Shown here in pieces: positions 27,681 through 37,684 of a stretch of DNA of 64,000 nt (position 1 is the stretch's first letter; each line of letters starts with the position of its first letter). A program made the position numbers and the translations under genes. The notes beneath the pieces are model-generated. The model did no database searches and had not been told where the DNA came from. It worked only from the letters and a program-made list of their open reading frames with translations. The stretch spans positions 310,001-374,000 of the IMG/VR virus record IMGVR_UViG_3300046616_000314. One strand, written 5' to 3'.

Positions 27681-27751
27681 ATTATTTAGATAGACAATAA
27701 AAAAGCCCCCAGTTAAGGCGGCTTTTTCGCGTTTTTTATTCAACTAAATTG

Positions 27752-27778
27752 AAAAAGCCCTCCGAAGAGGGCTTTTTA
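27752..27778 (-). terminator. intrinsic terminator after protease gene
   Basis: AAAAAGCCCT-CCGAAG-AGGGCTTTTT. Confidence 0.8.
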
Positions 27779-27783
27779 CTGTA

Positions 27784-28425
27784 TTAGCGGAATTTTAGAT
27801 TATCGATTACTTTCAGAAGTGTCTCTTTCAAGTGCTTCTGAGCCTTGGGGTCTTCGACCATGGCATGAGCCAACTTGTCGATTTCGTAGCCCTGGCGAGA
27901 GTGCATCATCGCTTCATAGACAGCCTTCGGATAAGCATTCTGAGCCGAAGGGCGAGCAACCACGTCAACCGTGATGATTTCGAAATCCGAAACGTTACCG
28001 CTTGCATCAACGTTACCCGATCCGCGCGACGAAACGCCGAGCTTCACGCCGCTTTCCAGCAGAGTACGGATGATGTTGCCCTTCGGTGTTTCGAGGATTT
28101 GCAACTTGCCCATACCGGTGTTGCCATCCATCCACATCTTAGTAATCATGTGGGAAACGCGATCTAGGTTGATGGTCAGTTCTTCGGGGTGATCACACTC
28201 GCCGAGAACGCTTTCGCCCTTGTGCAGGGTTTCATTGATGTTATCGACCGCCTTACGAATCTCGTTAGTCGGGTAAACACGTTGGTTCAGGTTACGGACG
28301 CCACCTTGAATAAAGACGCCAGACATGAACAGCTTCTTCTTGGCGGTATCGCCTTCGCCTTCGGTCTTCGCTTCAACGATTAGTCCAGCTTGATCAAAGG
28401 TCAATTGTTCTGTAAGAAATTTCAT
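27784..28425 (-). CDS. gp21: prohead protease (T4 gp21-like)
   Basis: G.FIQ..VRN.NQRVYP, LGECDHP, LGVSSRGSG, D.V..PSA. Confidence 0.95.
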   Translation of the reverse strand: MKFLTEQLTFDQAGLIVEAKTEGEGDTAKKKLFMSGVFIQGGVRNLNQRVYPTNEIRKAVDNINETLHKGESVLGECDHPEELTINLDRVSHMITKMWMDGNTGMGKLQILETPKGNIIRTLLESGVKLGVSSRGSGNVDASGNVSDFEIITVDVVARPSAQNAYPKAVYEAMMHSRQGYEIDKLAHAMVEDPKAQKHLKETLLKVIDNLKFR

Positions 28426-28525
28426 TTGCTTATCTCAAATTTAATTACAGGCAAATTCGCCCACGTAATGTCAATATTATTTAGTCGAAACTGTACTTGC
28501 TTTATCTTCAACGTAATCTTTTCAA

Positions 28526-28554
28526 CAAAAAACCCCGGAGTTTCCTCCGGGGTC
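28526..28554 (-). terminator. intrinsic terminator
   Basis: ACCCCGGAG...CTCCGGGGT, U-tract on minus strand. Confidence 0.8.
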
Positions 28555-28580
28555 ATTGTAGTAAGTCGTTAATCTAGAAT

Positions 28581-29606
28581 TTACTTCTTGATCAGCGGCG
28601 AGACGTTGTTACCGTCCGACTTCAACTTATTGACTTCAGCAGCAGGCTTATTGCCTTCCTTGCTGATCTTTTCCATCGAAGGTGCGGTAGGCTTGTTGTT
28701 CTTGTGTTGCTTTGCAGCGGCAACGGTCGGTGCTGTTTCACGAGCGAAACCCGAGTGGTTCTTGCTCTTGATTTGAACCGGAGCACCACCCTGACGGGCT
28801 TCCTTGCTCTTTTGCGGGATAGCAGCCGACTTGTTCTGTGTGAACGAAGGACCAGTGCCGATTTCGTCGCCGTCAGTCAGAGCGATCTTGATGGCTTGCA
28901 ATTCCGACAGAACCGATTCGTTCATGTCGTCATAGTCGTCATCTAGGTCTTCGTCTTCGTTAACGTCGTCTTCGTCAGTGTCAGCCATGTCGTCTTGGAT
29001 TTCATCAGCTTCGTCTTCGTCACCTTCCGGTGCAACGTCCAGACCTTCGTCGTCGGTCGGAGCGAATTCGTCAGCCGGTTCGTCCAGAGTTTCATCGCCG
29101 TCAACGCCAGCATCAGCTTCCGCTTCGCCGTTGAATGCAGCCATAACTTGTTCGAACTTCGAAACCATGTCGTCAATCTTGCCGGTCAGTTCATCGATTT
29201 GATCTTCGACGGTTTCCGGTTCATCGTTCAGGTCGGTGTCGAGATCGTCAGCCGGTTCGCCCAGGTCATCGCCCAGTTCGCCAGCAGCATCATCAACGCC
29301 GTCAACGCCATCTTCGGCACCGAAGGCGCCAGCGTCGTCAGCAACGTCGCCCGTTTCCAGGTTTTCGTCATCAGCAACGTCATCTTCGTCGCCGTCTTCT
29401 AGGTCGGTCAGGTCTTCTTCAGTGAAGTAGTGTTCCGACGAGATTTCTTGATCCCAATTTTCTTCTAGAGCAAATTCGTCACCCGAACGGTTAGATTCGT
29501 GGATTTGACGAGCACGCTCAACGATGAAATTGTGGAAATATTCTTGGGCTTTGTCGTTCTCTTCATTAAGAAGGGCGACCAGTGCCTTTTCTAGCATAGC
29601 ACGCAT
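28581..29606 (-). CDS. highly acidic prohead core/internal head protein
   Basis: D/E-rich; lies between portal and protease; GGAG RBS; late promoter. Confidence 0.75.
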   Translation of the reverse strand: MRAMLEKALVALLNEENDKAQEYFHNFIVERARQIHESNRSGDEFALEENWDQEISSEHYFTEEDLTDLEDGDEDDVADDENLETGDVADDAGAFGAEDGVDGVDDAAGELGDDLGEPADDLDTDLNDEPETVEDQIDELTGKIDDMVSKFEQVMAAFNGEAEADAGVDGDETLDEPADEFAPTDDEGLDVAPEGDEDEADEIQDDMADTDEDDVNEDEDLDDDYDDMNESVLSELQAIKIALTDGDEIGTGPSFTQNKSAAIPQKSKEARQGGAPVQIKSKNHSGFARETAPTVAAAKQHKNNKPTAPSMEKISKEGNKPAAEVNKLKSDGNNVSPLIKK

Positions 29607-29776
29607 GTTATTAGTTCTCCCATATGGTTTTGCACGACGCCGCTCAAGCATCTGAATTATTTAGTTCTTTGAATATAAATGCTGTTGTTAACTGTAAAAA
29701 ACAGTATATTTTTTGAATAACAGCAATATGATGGGTGAAAACTAGGAGAATTTAAGACTAAATCCCCCTGAATTCA

Positions 29777-30019
29777 CTACATCGGGAAGCCACCGCCTTC
29801 ACCTTCATCGGGTGATGAGTACATCACACTGATCAAATCTTGGTGTTTCAGTTTCTCCAACTTGCGCAATGCACGCATACGCTTCAATCGGTTTAGAGCC
29901 GAAAGTGTGAGCTTGGGCTTACGAGTATCGTCCAAGTTACGTTTATTCAACGCATCCTTGGCAGGATCGTAGTAAGCTGTTTGCATATCGCGTTCATCGA
30001 CAAATTCAAAAATTTTCAT
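29777..30019 (-). CDS. hypothetical head-module protein
   Basis: Directly downstream of portal; DTRKP.LTL..LN.L..MR. Confidence 0.75.
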   Translation of the reverse strand: MKIFEFVDERDMQTAYYDPAKDALNKRNLDDTRKPKLTLSALNRLKRMRALRKLEKLKHQDLISVMYSSPDEGEGGGFPM

Positions 30020-30033
30020 ATCCCAAATCCTTC

Positions 30034-31812
30034 TTACATCGGACCCGCGCCACCACCCGGCGGGGGTGCAGCATCAGGAGCCCCACCAGGGACGCCACCA
30101 CCTTCAGGGGGTGCATCGCCGTCCAGTGCTGCTTCGTCTCCCGGTGGCAGTTCCATGTCATCACCCGGCGGGCGAATACCAACGGCGCCAAGATCGCCAT
30201 CAGGTTCGCTTTCAGCAGCCGTTGTACCGGTTGCCTTACGAACCTTGTCGGGATTCTCTTCCTTCCACAGACGCTCGTTTTCCACCATTTCGTCTTCAGA
30301 GAGGTTCAAGAAGCGGGTCAGCTTAAAGCGTTCCGACAGTTTCTTGATCCCTTGAACACCGGCATAGACTTGCGTTTGTTGTAGGTCGAGTTCGATCTGA
30401 CGATATTTAGTGAAGTTTTGGGGAGGATTAAATCGTAATTCAAATAGGCTTTGTTCGATTTCAATGCCGTTTTCCTTCAAGTAATACTTGAAGTCTTCAT
30501 CGAATTTATTAGCAAGCAAAGCTTGTTGGCGCATACAATACTTGTTGAAACGGAATTCTTGAATAACCGCTGCACCAAGCTTGCCGTCATTATATGACAC
30601 GCCTTGACCTTCATCGTCACCGATAGCCAGATACGAAGAAGGAATACGCAGACCGCGCGCCATCTTACGGCTGAAATAGCTCAAGTCGCCAATGTCACCG
30701 AGCGAATCGCCGCCCGGCAAGGTTTCGACCTTTGAGCCACGACCATCAGCCGATTGAGCAAAGTAATAGTCTTCAAGAATACCCAGAGGATTATAAGCAG
30801 CATCCATGATCGAAGACCCGCCGCCAGTGCGGTTAGGAATACGACGTTGGTGGATTTCGTTCTTGATTTGCTCAATGTGCGACTTGGCACGAACCGGAGG
30901 CATGTTACCAACGTCAATATAGAACACGCGACGTTCGGGAGCGCGCTGAACGCGATAGATGATGATCGAATCTTCAAGCAATTCTTTTTGCTTATACGTC
31001 TTGAAGATGGGTTCAAGGATAGATTTGCCGAAGGGCCAATTGGCGTCCATGCCAACTGACAAGGAAAGGTGAACAACGTGCTTGGCTTCGATGACGCTCA
31101 TTTCAACAAGCGAGTTGCCACCCTGCATGGTACGGGGATCGCGGTTTTGTCCTGCCATTTGGAAGTTCGATGAACTGGTTGTGCCACCGCCGCCAACTGG
31201 ACGGCTGTTCGGAATCAGCGAGGTACCGAACGGGGTACGATACTGAGTGGGGTCAGCAGTCTTAGTGGCAAACTTGCCTTGGAGGTTCAGGTCTAGACCA
31301 CGAACGATATACTCATCCGGCTTCTTACCTTGGGTTTCGTCAACCTTGACCATTTCAACAGCGAAGTGGTCAATCCAGAGCCATTCACCCGTTTCGGGGT
31401 CACGCAAGAAGAACTGATCGCCGTTCTTCATGGTTTGGCGGAAGATATGCCACAGGCGGCTCTTGAAATCGTTGAGCTTTACCCATTTTGTCAAGTAACT
31501 CTTGATGAGAGTTACTTCAGTTTCATTGGCTTCTTCGGTATAAAGAATATCAAACGGTTCTTCATTCTGTTCTTCAGATTGTGTACAGAAGTCAGCAATA
31601 GTGTCCAGCGCAGCATTAATATCGCTATCGCGGTCCATGTCTTCGTATTGATAGTAACGCTGAATACGGTTAGGGTGTCCAGCGTAGACTTCCGGCAGAT
31701 AGCTTGCGTATTTCGCAGAAGCAGAAGCCCCCGCACTATAGCCAGTATTGCCGCCACTAATAGGAGTGGTTGCTACCGGATTTACGACTACAAAGTGTTT
31801 TTTCCAAGACAT
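30034..31812 (-). CDS. gp20: portal protein (T4 gp20-like)
   Basis: LEDSIIIYRVQRAPERRVFYIDVGNMP, EDYYF, GRGSKVETLPGG, LRIPSS. Confidence 0.97.
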   Translation of the reverse strand: MSWKKHFVVVNPVATTPISGGNTGYSAGASASAKYASYLPEVYAGHPNRIQRYYQYEDMDRDSDINAALDTIADFCTQSEEQNEEPFDILYTEEANETEVTLIKSYLTKWVKLNDFKSRLWHIFRQTMKNGDQFFLRDPETGEWLWIDHFAVEMVKVDETQGKKPDEYIVRGLDLNLQGKFATKTADPTQYRTPFGTSLIPNSRPVGGGGTTSSSNFQMAGQNRDPRTMQGGNSLVEMSVIEAKHVVHLSLSVGMDANWPFGKSILEPIFKTYKQKELLEDSIIIYRVQRAPERRVFYIDVGNMPPVRAKSHIEQIKNEIHQRRIPNRTGGGSSIMDAAYNPLGILEDYYFAQSADGRGSKVETLPGGDSLGDIGDLSYFSRKMARGLRIPSSYLAIGDDEGQGVSYNDGKLGAAVIQEFRFNKYCMRQQALLANKFDEDFKYYLKENGIEIEQSLFELRFNPPQNFTKYRQIELDLQQTQVYAGVQGIKKLSERFKLTRFLNLSEDEMVENERLWKEENPDKVRKATGTTAAESEPDGDLGAVGIRPPGDDMELPPGDEAALDGDAPPEGGGVPGGAPDAAPPPGGGAGPM

Positions 31813-31886
31813 ATGAATCTTTTCGAATAGTTACAATAGGATATTTAGTTAATTATGCCTATTAACCACGAAGATTACAATATTTA

Positions 31887-34463
31887 CTATTTCATTCCGT
31901 CAGTTAATGTGCCGTTAGTCTTACGCAATAGATCGTTGTTTTCTTTTTGAAGACGCAGGTTTGTTTGCCCTTGTTGTTCCAACATTAGGCGCATTTGACG
32001 CATTTCTTTGGCTGTTTCATCCGATCCAGCGGATTGCTTAGGTACATAGCCAAGGTCGCCCGAGCCCAATGGTGCGCCGGGTAAAGGCTTGCCAGTCGGG
32101 GATTTAACAGTGCCCGAAGGTGCTTTCTTTCCAGACAGCTTATCGTAAGCAAAACCACCAATAGCTTCGCCGCCTTTTGCACCAGCCCATGCACCAATAG
32201 CCGAGCCAGCAGCACCGCCGATGACGGCACCAATGACCGTGCCAGGACCAGGGACGATAGAGCCCACGACGCCGCCGATCAGAGCACCGATTTGTGCGCC
32301 GCCAGCAGCACCAAGGGCGCCGCCTGCTAGCCCACCAGTGAGCTTAGCTAGTTTTTTCTTAGCCTCTTCGGGCGTGATCTTTCCACTATCGACGGCTTCT
32401 TTGATTTTCACCATATCGTTGACAGCCATACCAGCCGTGATAGCAACGCCAAGAAGACCGGCGCCCTTTGTTAAACCGGAACCGAACTTAGCTACCTTGG
32501 AACCTGCACCGGCAACTTCAAGAACACCCGTCAGACCTTTAGAGCCATATTTTTCAGCAGCCATTCCGAGCTTGCCGCCAATGCCTTTGCTTCTGAACAG
32601 GCGTTGCTCAACCGCAGCCATACGCTTTGCTGAGCCCGCGCCCTTGCGCCAGCCCTTACCACGGCGTCTGCGTCCCTTGCCTTCGACCAGATCGTCAAGG
32701 ACACCCCCGCCGCCACCACCGCCATTGACGGATGCCGCATTGATGTTAACGACACCAGCAGTGACGTGCATCTTGGAATTGCCCATCAGCATACCGAGGG
32801 CTTGCTTAGCCTTAAGGAAAGCAACCAGACCGACGAAACTAGTCACAACCAGCGATCCGGTCTCACCCAGGAAACCGAGTTGCTTATGTACAAAGCGCAG
32901 ACTATCGAGGAAGAAACCAGCGATGAATGTTCCGGCTGTAACCAGAGCCGAACCCACCTTGAACAGCATGTCCAACATCGAAGCAAAACGCTCGATATTT
33001 TGTGGTGTAACGGTTTCAGAAATGAACAAGCCGAGATTTGTTCCGAGTTTTTCGAACAGCGGCGCAAGTTTGTCGAAGGCTCCACCTTCACCCATAGCGG
33101 ATTCAATGGATTCCAGCGGCTTAAGCAATGCGTCAACGAATTTACCGCGCAAACGCTTGAACACGCTGTCAAATGCAGTAAAGAAATTCGTTACTTTCTT
33201 TTGACGTTCGATATCCGCCGAGTTTGCTTTCTTTTGCGCCGCAGTATAGACCGTAATCTCTGATCCTAATTTGATCAAAGATTTAGCAGTCGCATCACCC
33301 GTCGAAGCATTGACCTTCAGCATTTGCAGAACTTGTGGGTTCGTAAGCAATTGCTTCATCTGTGTATTGAACGACGCAGTTGCCTCATCCGGGTCCATGC
33401 CGTTCGCAATATTGTCTTGTAATTGTTGAAGGAAATCAACACCTTGACCTAAGCCTTGATCCAACAATTTCTGACCCAGATCAGAGAATTGGGGACCAAT
33501 GCCGCCCGCAGTTTCAGCAAACGCTTGGGACAACATTGTACCAGCTTGCCCGGTTTGGGCGGCAAGATCATACACAACCTTTTCGATTGCTTTGTTGTAG
33601 GTTCCCATACCGGCTTTGGTTGTTTGTTGCATGGTTGCAACAAGAACTTCAGTGTCCAATGCCGCCTTACCATCTTGAATGATTTGCTCTCTGAGCTTAC
33701 CCGTGATGACAGCCATGGACGAAACACTTAGTGCGAATTCTTGAACCGCCTTGGCTTGTGACTTGGTATTCTTAGCTGATTTGTCCCCGGTCAAACGCTG
33801 AGTATCCAAGGCGATGCCTTGGAGATCATTCATTTGTTCAAGAGTAAAGCCGTAATTACCAGCAGCATCCGTAAGCTCACGAACACGCTTGCTCAAACCG
33901 GTGAAGTCTTTCAAGCCGACGTTGGCGATAACAACACTGTTCTTCTTGATAACGGTGGCAAGTTCATCCAACGGCAAACCAGCTTGGGCAGCAGCACGAG
34001 ACATCGTGAACATGCTACCGCTGAAGGTTTGTCCATAGTTGGACAGGTCTTTCATAACCTTTGCAGACTCTTGACCGTACTTCAAGAAACTCTCAAGGAA
34101 GAAACCAGCGGTTGCCATACCGCCATAGATCATCTTGTTGTTGCTTGGGCGGTTGCCCGTCATCTTATCAACAGCATTGTCGAGACCACGAGCAAACTTG
34201 CTCATGAAGCCCGGTAGGGCATTCATCATGCTCTTAGATGACGAAGTATTTTTTAGGAACTGATCAGTGCTACTCTTTAACGCCTTGACGTGATCTTGAG
34301 TAGACTTGGTATCGTCTTGAAGGTTCTTGCGCAGGATTTGACGAGCGTTCGACTTCCCGGCAGCAGTAGCGTCGAGATTATCCGCGATTTGCTTAAGCAA
34401 ACCGGTTGACTTGTTCATCGAGTTAACAAGTTCTGCTAATGCTACGTCAGTAATGTCAGCCAT
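31887..34463 (-). CDS. tape-measure-like tail/baseplate hub protein
   Basis: Long helical A/K/L-rich protein with TM-like segments and C-terminal glycine zipper (GALIGGVVGSIVPGPGTVIG); late promoter. Confidence 0.7.
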   Translation of the reverse strand: MADITDVALAELVNSMNKSTGLLKQIADNLDATAAGKSNARQILRKNLQDDTKSTQDHVKALKSSTDQFLKNTSSSKSMMNALPGFMSKFARGLDNAVDKMTGNRPSNNKMIYGGMATAGFFLESFLKYGQESAKVMKDLSNYGQTFSGSMFTMSRAAAQAGLPLDELATVIKKNSVVIANVGLKDFTGLSKRVRELTDAAGNYGFTLEQMNDLQGIALDTQRLTGDKSAKNTKSQAKAVQEFALSVSSMAVITGKLREQIIQDGKAALDTEVLVATMQQTTKAGMGTYNKAIEKVVYDLAAQTGQAGTMLSQAFAETAGGIGPQFSDLGQKLLDQGLGQGVDFLQQLQDNIANGMDPDEATASFNTQMKQLLTNPQVLQMLKVNASTGDATAKSLIKLGSEITVYTAAQKKANSADIERQKKVTNFFTAFDSVFKRLRGKFVDALLKPLESIESAMGEGGAFDKLAPLFEKLGTNLGLFISETVTPQNIERFASMLDMLFKVGSALVTAGTFIAGFFLDSLRFVHKQLGFLGETGSLVVTSFVGLVAFLKAKQALGMLMGNSKMHVTAGVVNINAASVNGGGGGGGVLDDLVEGKGRRRRGKGWRKGAGSAKRMAAVEQRLFRSKGIGGKLGMAAEKYGSKGLTGVLEVAGAGSKVAKFGSGLTKGAGLLGVAITAGMAVNDMVKIKEAVDSGKITPEEAKKKLAKLTGGLAGGALGAAGGAQIGALIGGVVGSIVPGPGTVIGAVIGGAAGSAIGAWAGAKGGEAIGGFAYDKLSGKKAPSGTVKSPTGKPLPGAPLGSGDLGYVPKQSAGSDETAKEMRQMRLMLEQQGQTNLRLQKENNDLLRKTNGTLTDGMK

Positions 34464-34561
34464 AAAAAAGAACCCACAAATATTCAAATATATTTAGGGT
34501 CGTATTAAAGCCCGCCTTAATTGCTCCATAAATACCTATATAACTCTTTAGGAATTTTCAC

Positions 34562-35455
34562 ATGAGCGATGCGTTTGATGATTTTGATGAATCTGCAATG
34601 TTTTCACCAGCAGCGGTTTCGGGCAATCCTCTAGCCAAGTATTTCCGTCAGCCGGGCTTGCATATTGATTTGCCGACGCGCGGTGCATTCTTGCGCCCCG
34701 AACAATATAATCCGACGATGGCAGGACAAATCCCGGTCTTGCCCATGCGCGCGGCTGACGAACTATTGCTGTCGTCCCCAGATGCATTGATGAGTGGCTA
34801 TGCCATTGAAAAGTTGTTGGAATCATGTGTCCCAGACATCAAGGCGCCGCGCGCGATCTCTACGCCAGACCTAGACGTGATCTTGCTGGCTATTCGTGCT
34901 GCGACCTACGGTAACACCATGGAAATCCAGGCACGTTGCCCCAAGTGCGGTCACAATCATGAAATGGACTGTGATCTTGGTGGAATGCTGGCAGGCATGG
35001 TTCACATTGAATTGGAAGACGGTCTAGTTCGACTATCCGACGAAATTCTAGTGTATACGAAGCCGTTTGACATGGAAATCGGCACTCGAATTGCCATGGT
35101 TGCTTATGATGTCAACCGCATGATTCAAGAGATCGAAGAAGATACACCCGAGGCAGAGCGTTCGCAAATTCGAAACGCTGCACACAAGCGTCTGACCGAT
35201 CTATCGGTTCGGTCGCTGGCGGAATCGATTACTAAGGTTGTTGTGCCGAACAACACCGTGACCAAGACATCCGACATTGCTGAATTCTTGTCGAACATCC
35301 CGAAGCCTTGGTTTGAAAAGATTGAAAAGACCGTGGATAGCATGAATTCCAAGGGTCTCGACAAGGGCGTCAACGTCCAGTGCGAAGCTTGCCAGCACGA
35401 GTGGAAGTCGGACGTGGAGTTTGACCCTTCTAGTTTTTTCGCCAAGGGCTCTTGA
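34562..35455 (+). CDS. baseplate hub/tail assembly chaperone (T4 gp26-like)
   Basis: NPL..YFRQP, PM...DEL, D.D.ILLAIRAATYG, two CxxC, ends FDPSSFF. Confidence 0.8.
   Translation: MSDAFDDFDESAMFSPAAVSGNPLAKYFRQPGLHIDLPTRGAFLRPEQYNPTMAGQIPVLPMRAADELLLSSPDALMSGYAIEKLLESCVPDIKAPRAISTPDLDVILLAIRAATYGNTMEIQARCPKCGHNHEMDCDLGGMLAGMVHIELEDGLVRLSDEILVYTKPFDMEIGTRIAMVAYDVNRMIQEIEEDTPEAERSQIRNAAHKRLTDLSVRSLAESITKVVVPNNTVTKTSDIAEFLSNIPKPWFEKIEKTVDSMNSKGLDKGVNVQCEACQHEWKSDVEFDPSSFFAKGS
35434..35440 (+). other. -1 ribosomal frameshift slippery heptamer T TTT TTC
   Basis: X XXY YYZ heptamer in the correct phase; -1 frame reads directly into ORF 35452-35673. Confidence 0.65.
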
Positions 35456-35673
35456 GGATCACTGATCGTCAAGAGCTAGGTCAATTCTTGAAAGAATATG
35501 CAGTCGGTACAAAGAAATTGATTTTAGATATTCATGAAATCATGTGGTACATGCGCGGTTCGGTTTCGCGAGAAGAAGCATGGACACTATGCTTTGAAGA
35601 ACGCGAAGCTATTAAAGAAATGATCGCGGAGAAAGTCAAAAACGTAGAGAAATCGGGACTACCGATCCTATGA
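35452..35673 (+). CDS. tail/baseplate chaperone C-terminal part (gp51-like; probably expressed as frameshift fusion)
   Basis: WYMRG.VSREEAW.L..EER; only a TTG start. Confidence 0.7.
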   Translation: MRITDRQELGQFLKEYAVGTKKLILDIHEIMWYMRGSVSREEAWTLCFEEREAIKEMIAEKVKNVEKSGLPIL

Positions 35674-35996
35674 GCGAGTTTTCCGAAACTTGTACGTTCT
35701 TCGGTGTTCGTGCTTTGAACGAAGTGAATTACTTTGTGCTTCGCATGATCGCCGAAGATCATTCCCGCCCGGCGTGGCTGAACGGCAAGCACAAGCTTGA
35801 ACTGTTGCCACGCTGGAATGAAGCCGTTCGCGGAACTGGCAACCTTTATCCAACCCAAAGCGTCGCGGGATACAAAGTCGCCCGGCGTTTGTTATGGCTT
35901 GTCGAGAATTTACAGGGTGGATGGTGTTTAGACGTAGCCGGTATTCATTTCGAAACCGATGACGATCTCGTACACTTCAGACTGAAATTTAGCTAG
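35670..35996 (+). CDS. FKLKW-family small protein
   Basis: LWLVENLQGGW ... IHFETDDDLVHFRLKFS; ATGA overlap. Confidence 0.7.
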   Translation: MSEFSETCTFFGVRALNEVNYFVLRMIAEDHSRPAWLNGKHKLELLPRWNEAVRGTGNLYPTQSVAGYKVARRLLWLVENLQGGWCLDVAGIHFETDDDLVHFRLKFS

Positions 35997-36216
35997 TACC
36001 GAGTATCCACTTGCCGAGCTTATAGCAGATCGAGACACCGACAAGGGTGAGGGCGGCATACAGAACCCACATTAGGTGTGAGATCGCGTAGATTAGAAAC
36101 AAGACGAATAGAGATATCAAACAAACCGAGATTGCAATAGCCGCCGCGCCAGCGATGACGTGGAAACACATATCGCATATAATCTTGATGATATCGGATA
36201 AAGTGTTTTCTCTCAA
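35989..36216 (-). CDS. small membrane protein
   Basis: Hydrophobic; overlaps RNase H stop. Confidence 0.5.
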   Translation of the reverse strand: MRENTLSDIIKIICDMCFHVIAGAAAIAISVCLISLFVLFLIYAISHLMWVLYAALTLVGVSICYKLGKWILGTS

Positions 36217-36581
36217 TTCAAGTCCTCGATATATTGCCCCGCGAGGTTATCGTTCCGGCGGACATGCAACAAAGTCAGACGCGGAAGCCGCGCTTTGACT
36301 TGATCGAAACAAGCCTTGTAGGTCTTCAGTTCCGGGGCGTTGACCTTCCACTTCCCAAGAGCTTGCTGAATGACCAGATTCGAGTCACCGAGGATGGTGA
36401 TGTCTTGGTCTTTATAGTGATCAGCTAGTTCGACCGCCGCCAGGAAAGCAATCCATTCAGCTTCGTTGTTTGTGCCGTCATGAATGCGTTGGTGAAAGCG
36501 CACGGACCCGCATTCGGAAACCACCGCGATTTCCATCTTGCCAGGGTTCGGCTTACATCCACCATCGAAATAAATTTTCAT
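36213..36581 (-). CDS. rnhA: ribonuclease HI
   Basis: IYFDGG...NPG, TNNEAE, GDSNLV, RRNDN.A. Confidence 0.92.
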   Translation of the reverse strand: MKIYFDGGCKPNPGKMEIAVVSECGSVRFHQRIHDGTNNEAEWIAFLAAVELADHYKDQDITILGDSNLVIQQALGKWKVNAPELKTYKACFDQVKARLPRLTLLHVRRNDNLAGQYIEDLN

Positions 36582-36889
36582 TTCATACGCCACAAACACT
36601 CCGACCAGCGGAGCAAAAACAAAGGAATAATTTCCGTATCGGTAAAGAATATCACATTTGAGCCGTAACCCCAACCGTGAACTTCGGTATGTTCCAACGA
36701 TAAATCAGCGGGATCATCCGACGACAGCCACATGGGTTCCCCGTGTTCTTTCGTCATCCAATCTATAATGCGTTGAGTAGTTTCCGAACGGAAGAACAGA
36801 TTGCCATCCGCAATTTGGAAGGCATAGAGGATCGGAAACTTTGGGTTGTTGCTGTCGAACTGCGCGACGTGACAAGAATACGTCTTCAT
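36578..36889 (-). CDS. FKLKW-family small protein
   Basis: DWMTKEHG ... IFFTDTEIIPLFLLRWS. Confidence 0.65.
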   Translation of the reverse strand: MKTYSCHVAQFDSNNPKFPILYAFQIADGNLFFRSETTQRIIDWMTKEHGEPMWLSSDDPADLSLEHTEVHGWGYGSNVIFFTDTEIIPLFLLRWSECLWRMK

Positions 36890-37155
36890 CAGTCGTCTCG
36901 GAACGAAACGAAATCTGACCACCGTAACTTGAACTGCACAAACTGTTCATGATTAGGGAAATAGAGGATAGTTCCCGTACGAGCCCATTGGGTAGGAACA
37001 GCATCATCCGGTTTCAGCCCGTGCAAAATTGCGGGAGCACCGAACGTCGTGGTCATCCACTTTATAATATCACAGAAGTAATCAGTAGGTATTAGCCCAC
37101 CATCTTTGTCCAAGATGCTGGCAATCACCGGACCATCTTCTAAGATCATCATCAT
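36889..37155 (-). CDS. FKLKW-family small protein
   Basis: KWMTTTFG ... LYFPNHEQFVQFKLRWS. Confidence 0.7.
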   Translation of the reverse strand: MMMILEDGPVIASILDKDGGLIPTDYFCDIIKWMTTTFGAPAILHGLKPDDAVPTQWARTGTILYFPNHEQFVQFKLRWSDFVSFRDD

Positions 37156-37394
37156 ATGCGGTAGAATTTCTTCTTGCGCTTCGTTTTGTAGACGACTTTC
37201 CCATCATGATCGACATACATGCCGACCAGAACATCTTCTTCGGGGGCTTCACGATACTCGCGAATCATTTCGTGCCCGTGGCGAATCAAATCATAGACAA
37301 CCCGAAGGGTTGCGGCGGCGATCAGAGCCATGAACGTGACGCCCACGAATTGCATGACAATGCCGATCCCGCCTAGAATTTCTTCAATGCTCAT
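37152..37394 (-). CDS. small membrane protein
   Basis: N-terminal TM; ATGA coupling. Confidence 0.55.
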   Translation of the reverse strand: MSIEEILGGIGIVMQFVGVTFMALIAAATLRVVYDLIRHGHEMIREYREAPEEDVLVGMYVDHDGKVVYKTKRKKKFYRI

Positions 37395-37684
37395 GACAGT
37401 ATCGCAAACGCAACCATCCCCAGAAGCAGTTCTATACCAAGAACCATGAAGATTGTCCCGTAAATTATACGACGAACGGTAACTTTTCGGCGATCTTTCC
37501 TAACGGGCTTGGCTTGTTCAACTTGTCGTATAGGTGAACCATCCGGCTTTCGTTTCAGGACATATACACCCGAGGGAGCCCGGTCACAGGCGGCAGTAAT
37601 CGCAGAATAGCTTCCATACTCCGCAAGAAGGGCGCGCATGTCCATCATCTTAGTCGGTTGCTGATGGCGTCGATCTAGCTTCAT
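37391..37684 (-). CDS. hypothetical membrane-anchored protein
   Basis: C-terminal TM; ATGA coupling. Confidence 0.5.
   Translation of the reverse strand: MKLDRRHQQPTKMMDMRALLAEYGSYSAITAACDRAPSGVYVLKRKPDGSPIRQVEQAKPVRKDRRKVTVRRIIYGTIFMVLGIELLLGMVAFAILS

Noticed and set aside
28900-29420. GAC/GAA-rich quasi-repeats
   Set aside because: Low-complexity acidic coding sequence of the head core protein, not a DNA repeat element.
32221-33204. 327-aa Pro/Ala-rich plus-strand ORF
   Set aside because: Antisense to the Gly-rich part of the tape-measure-like gene.
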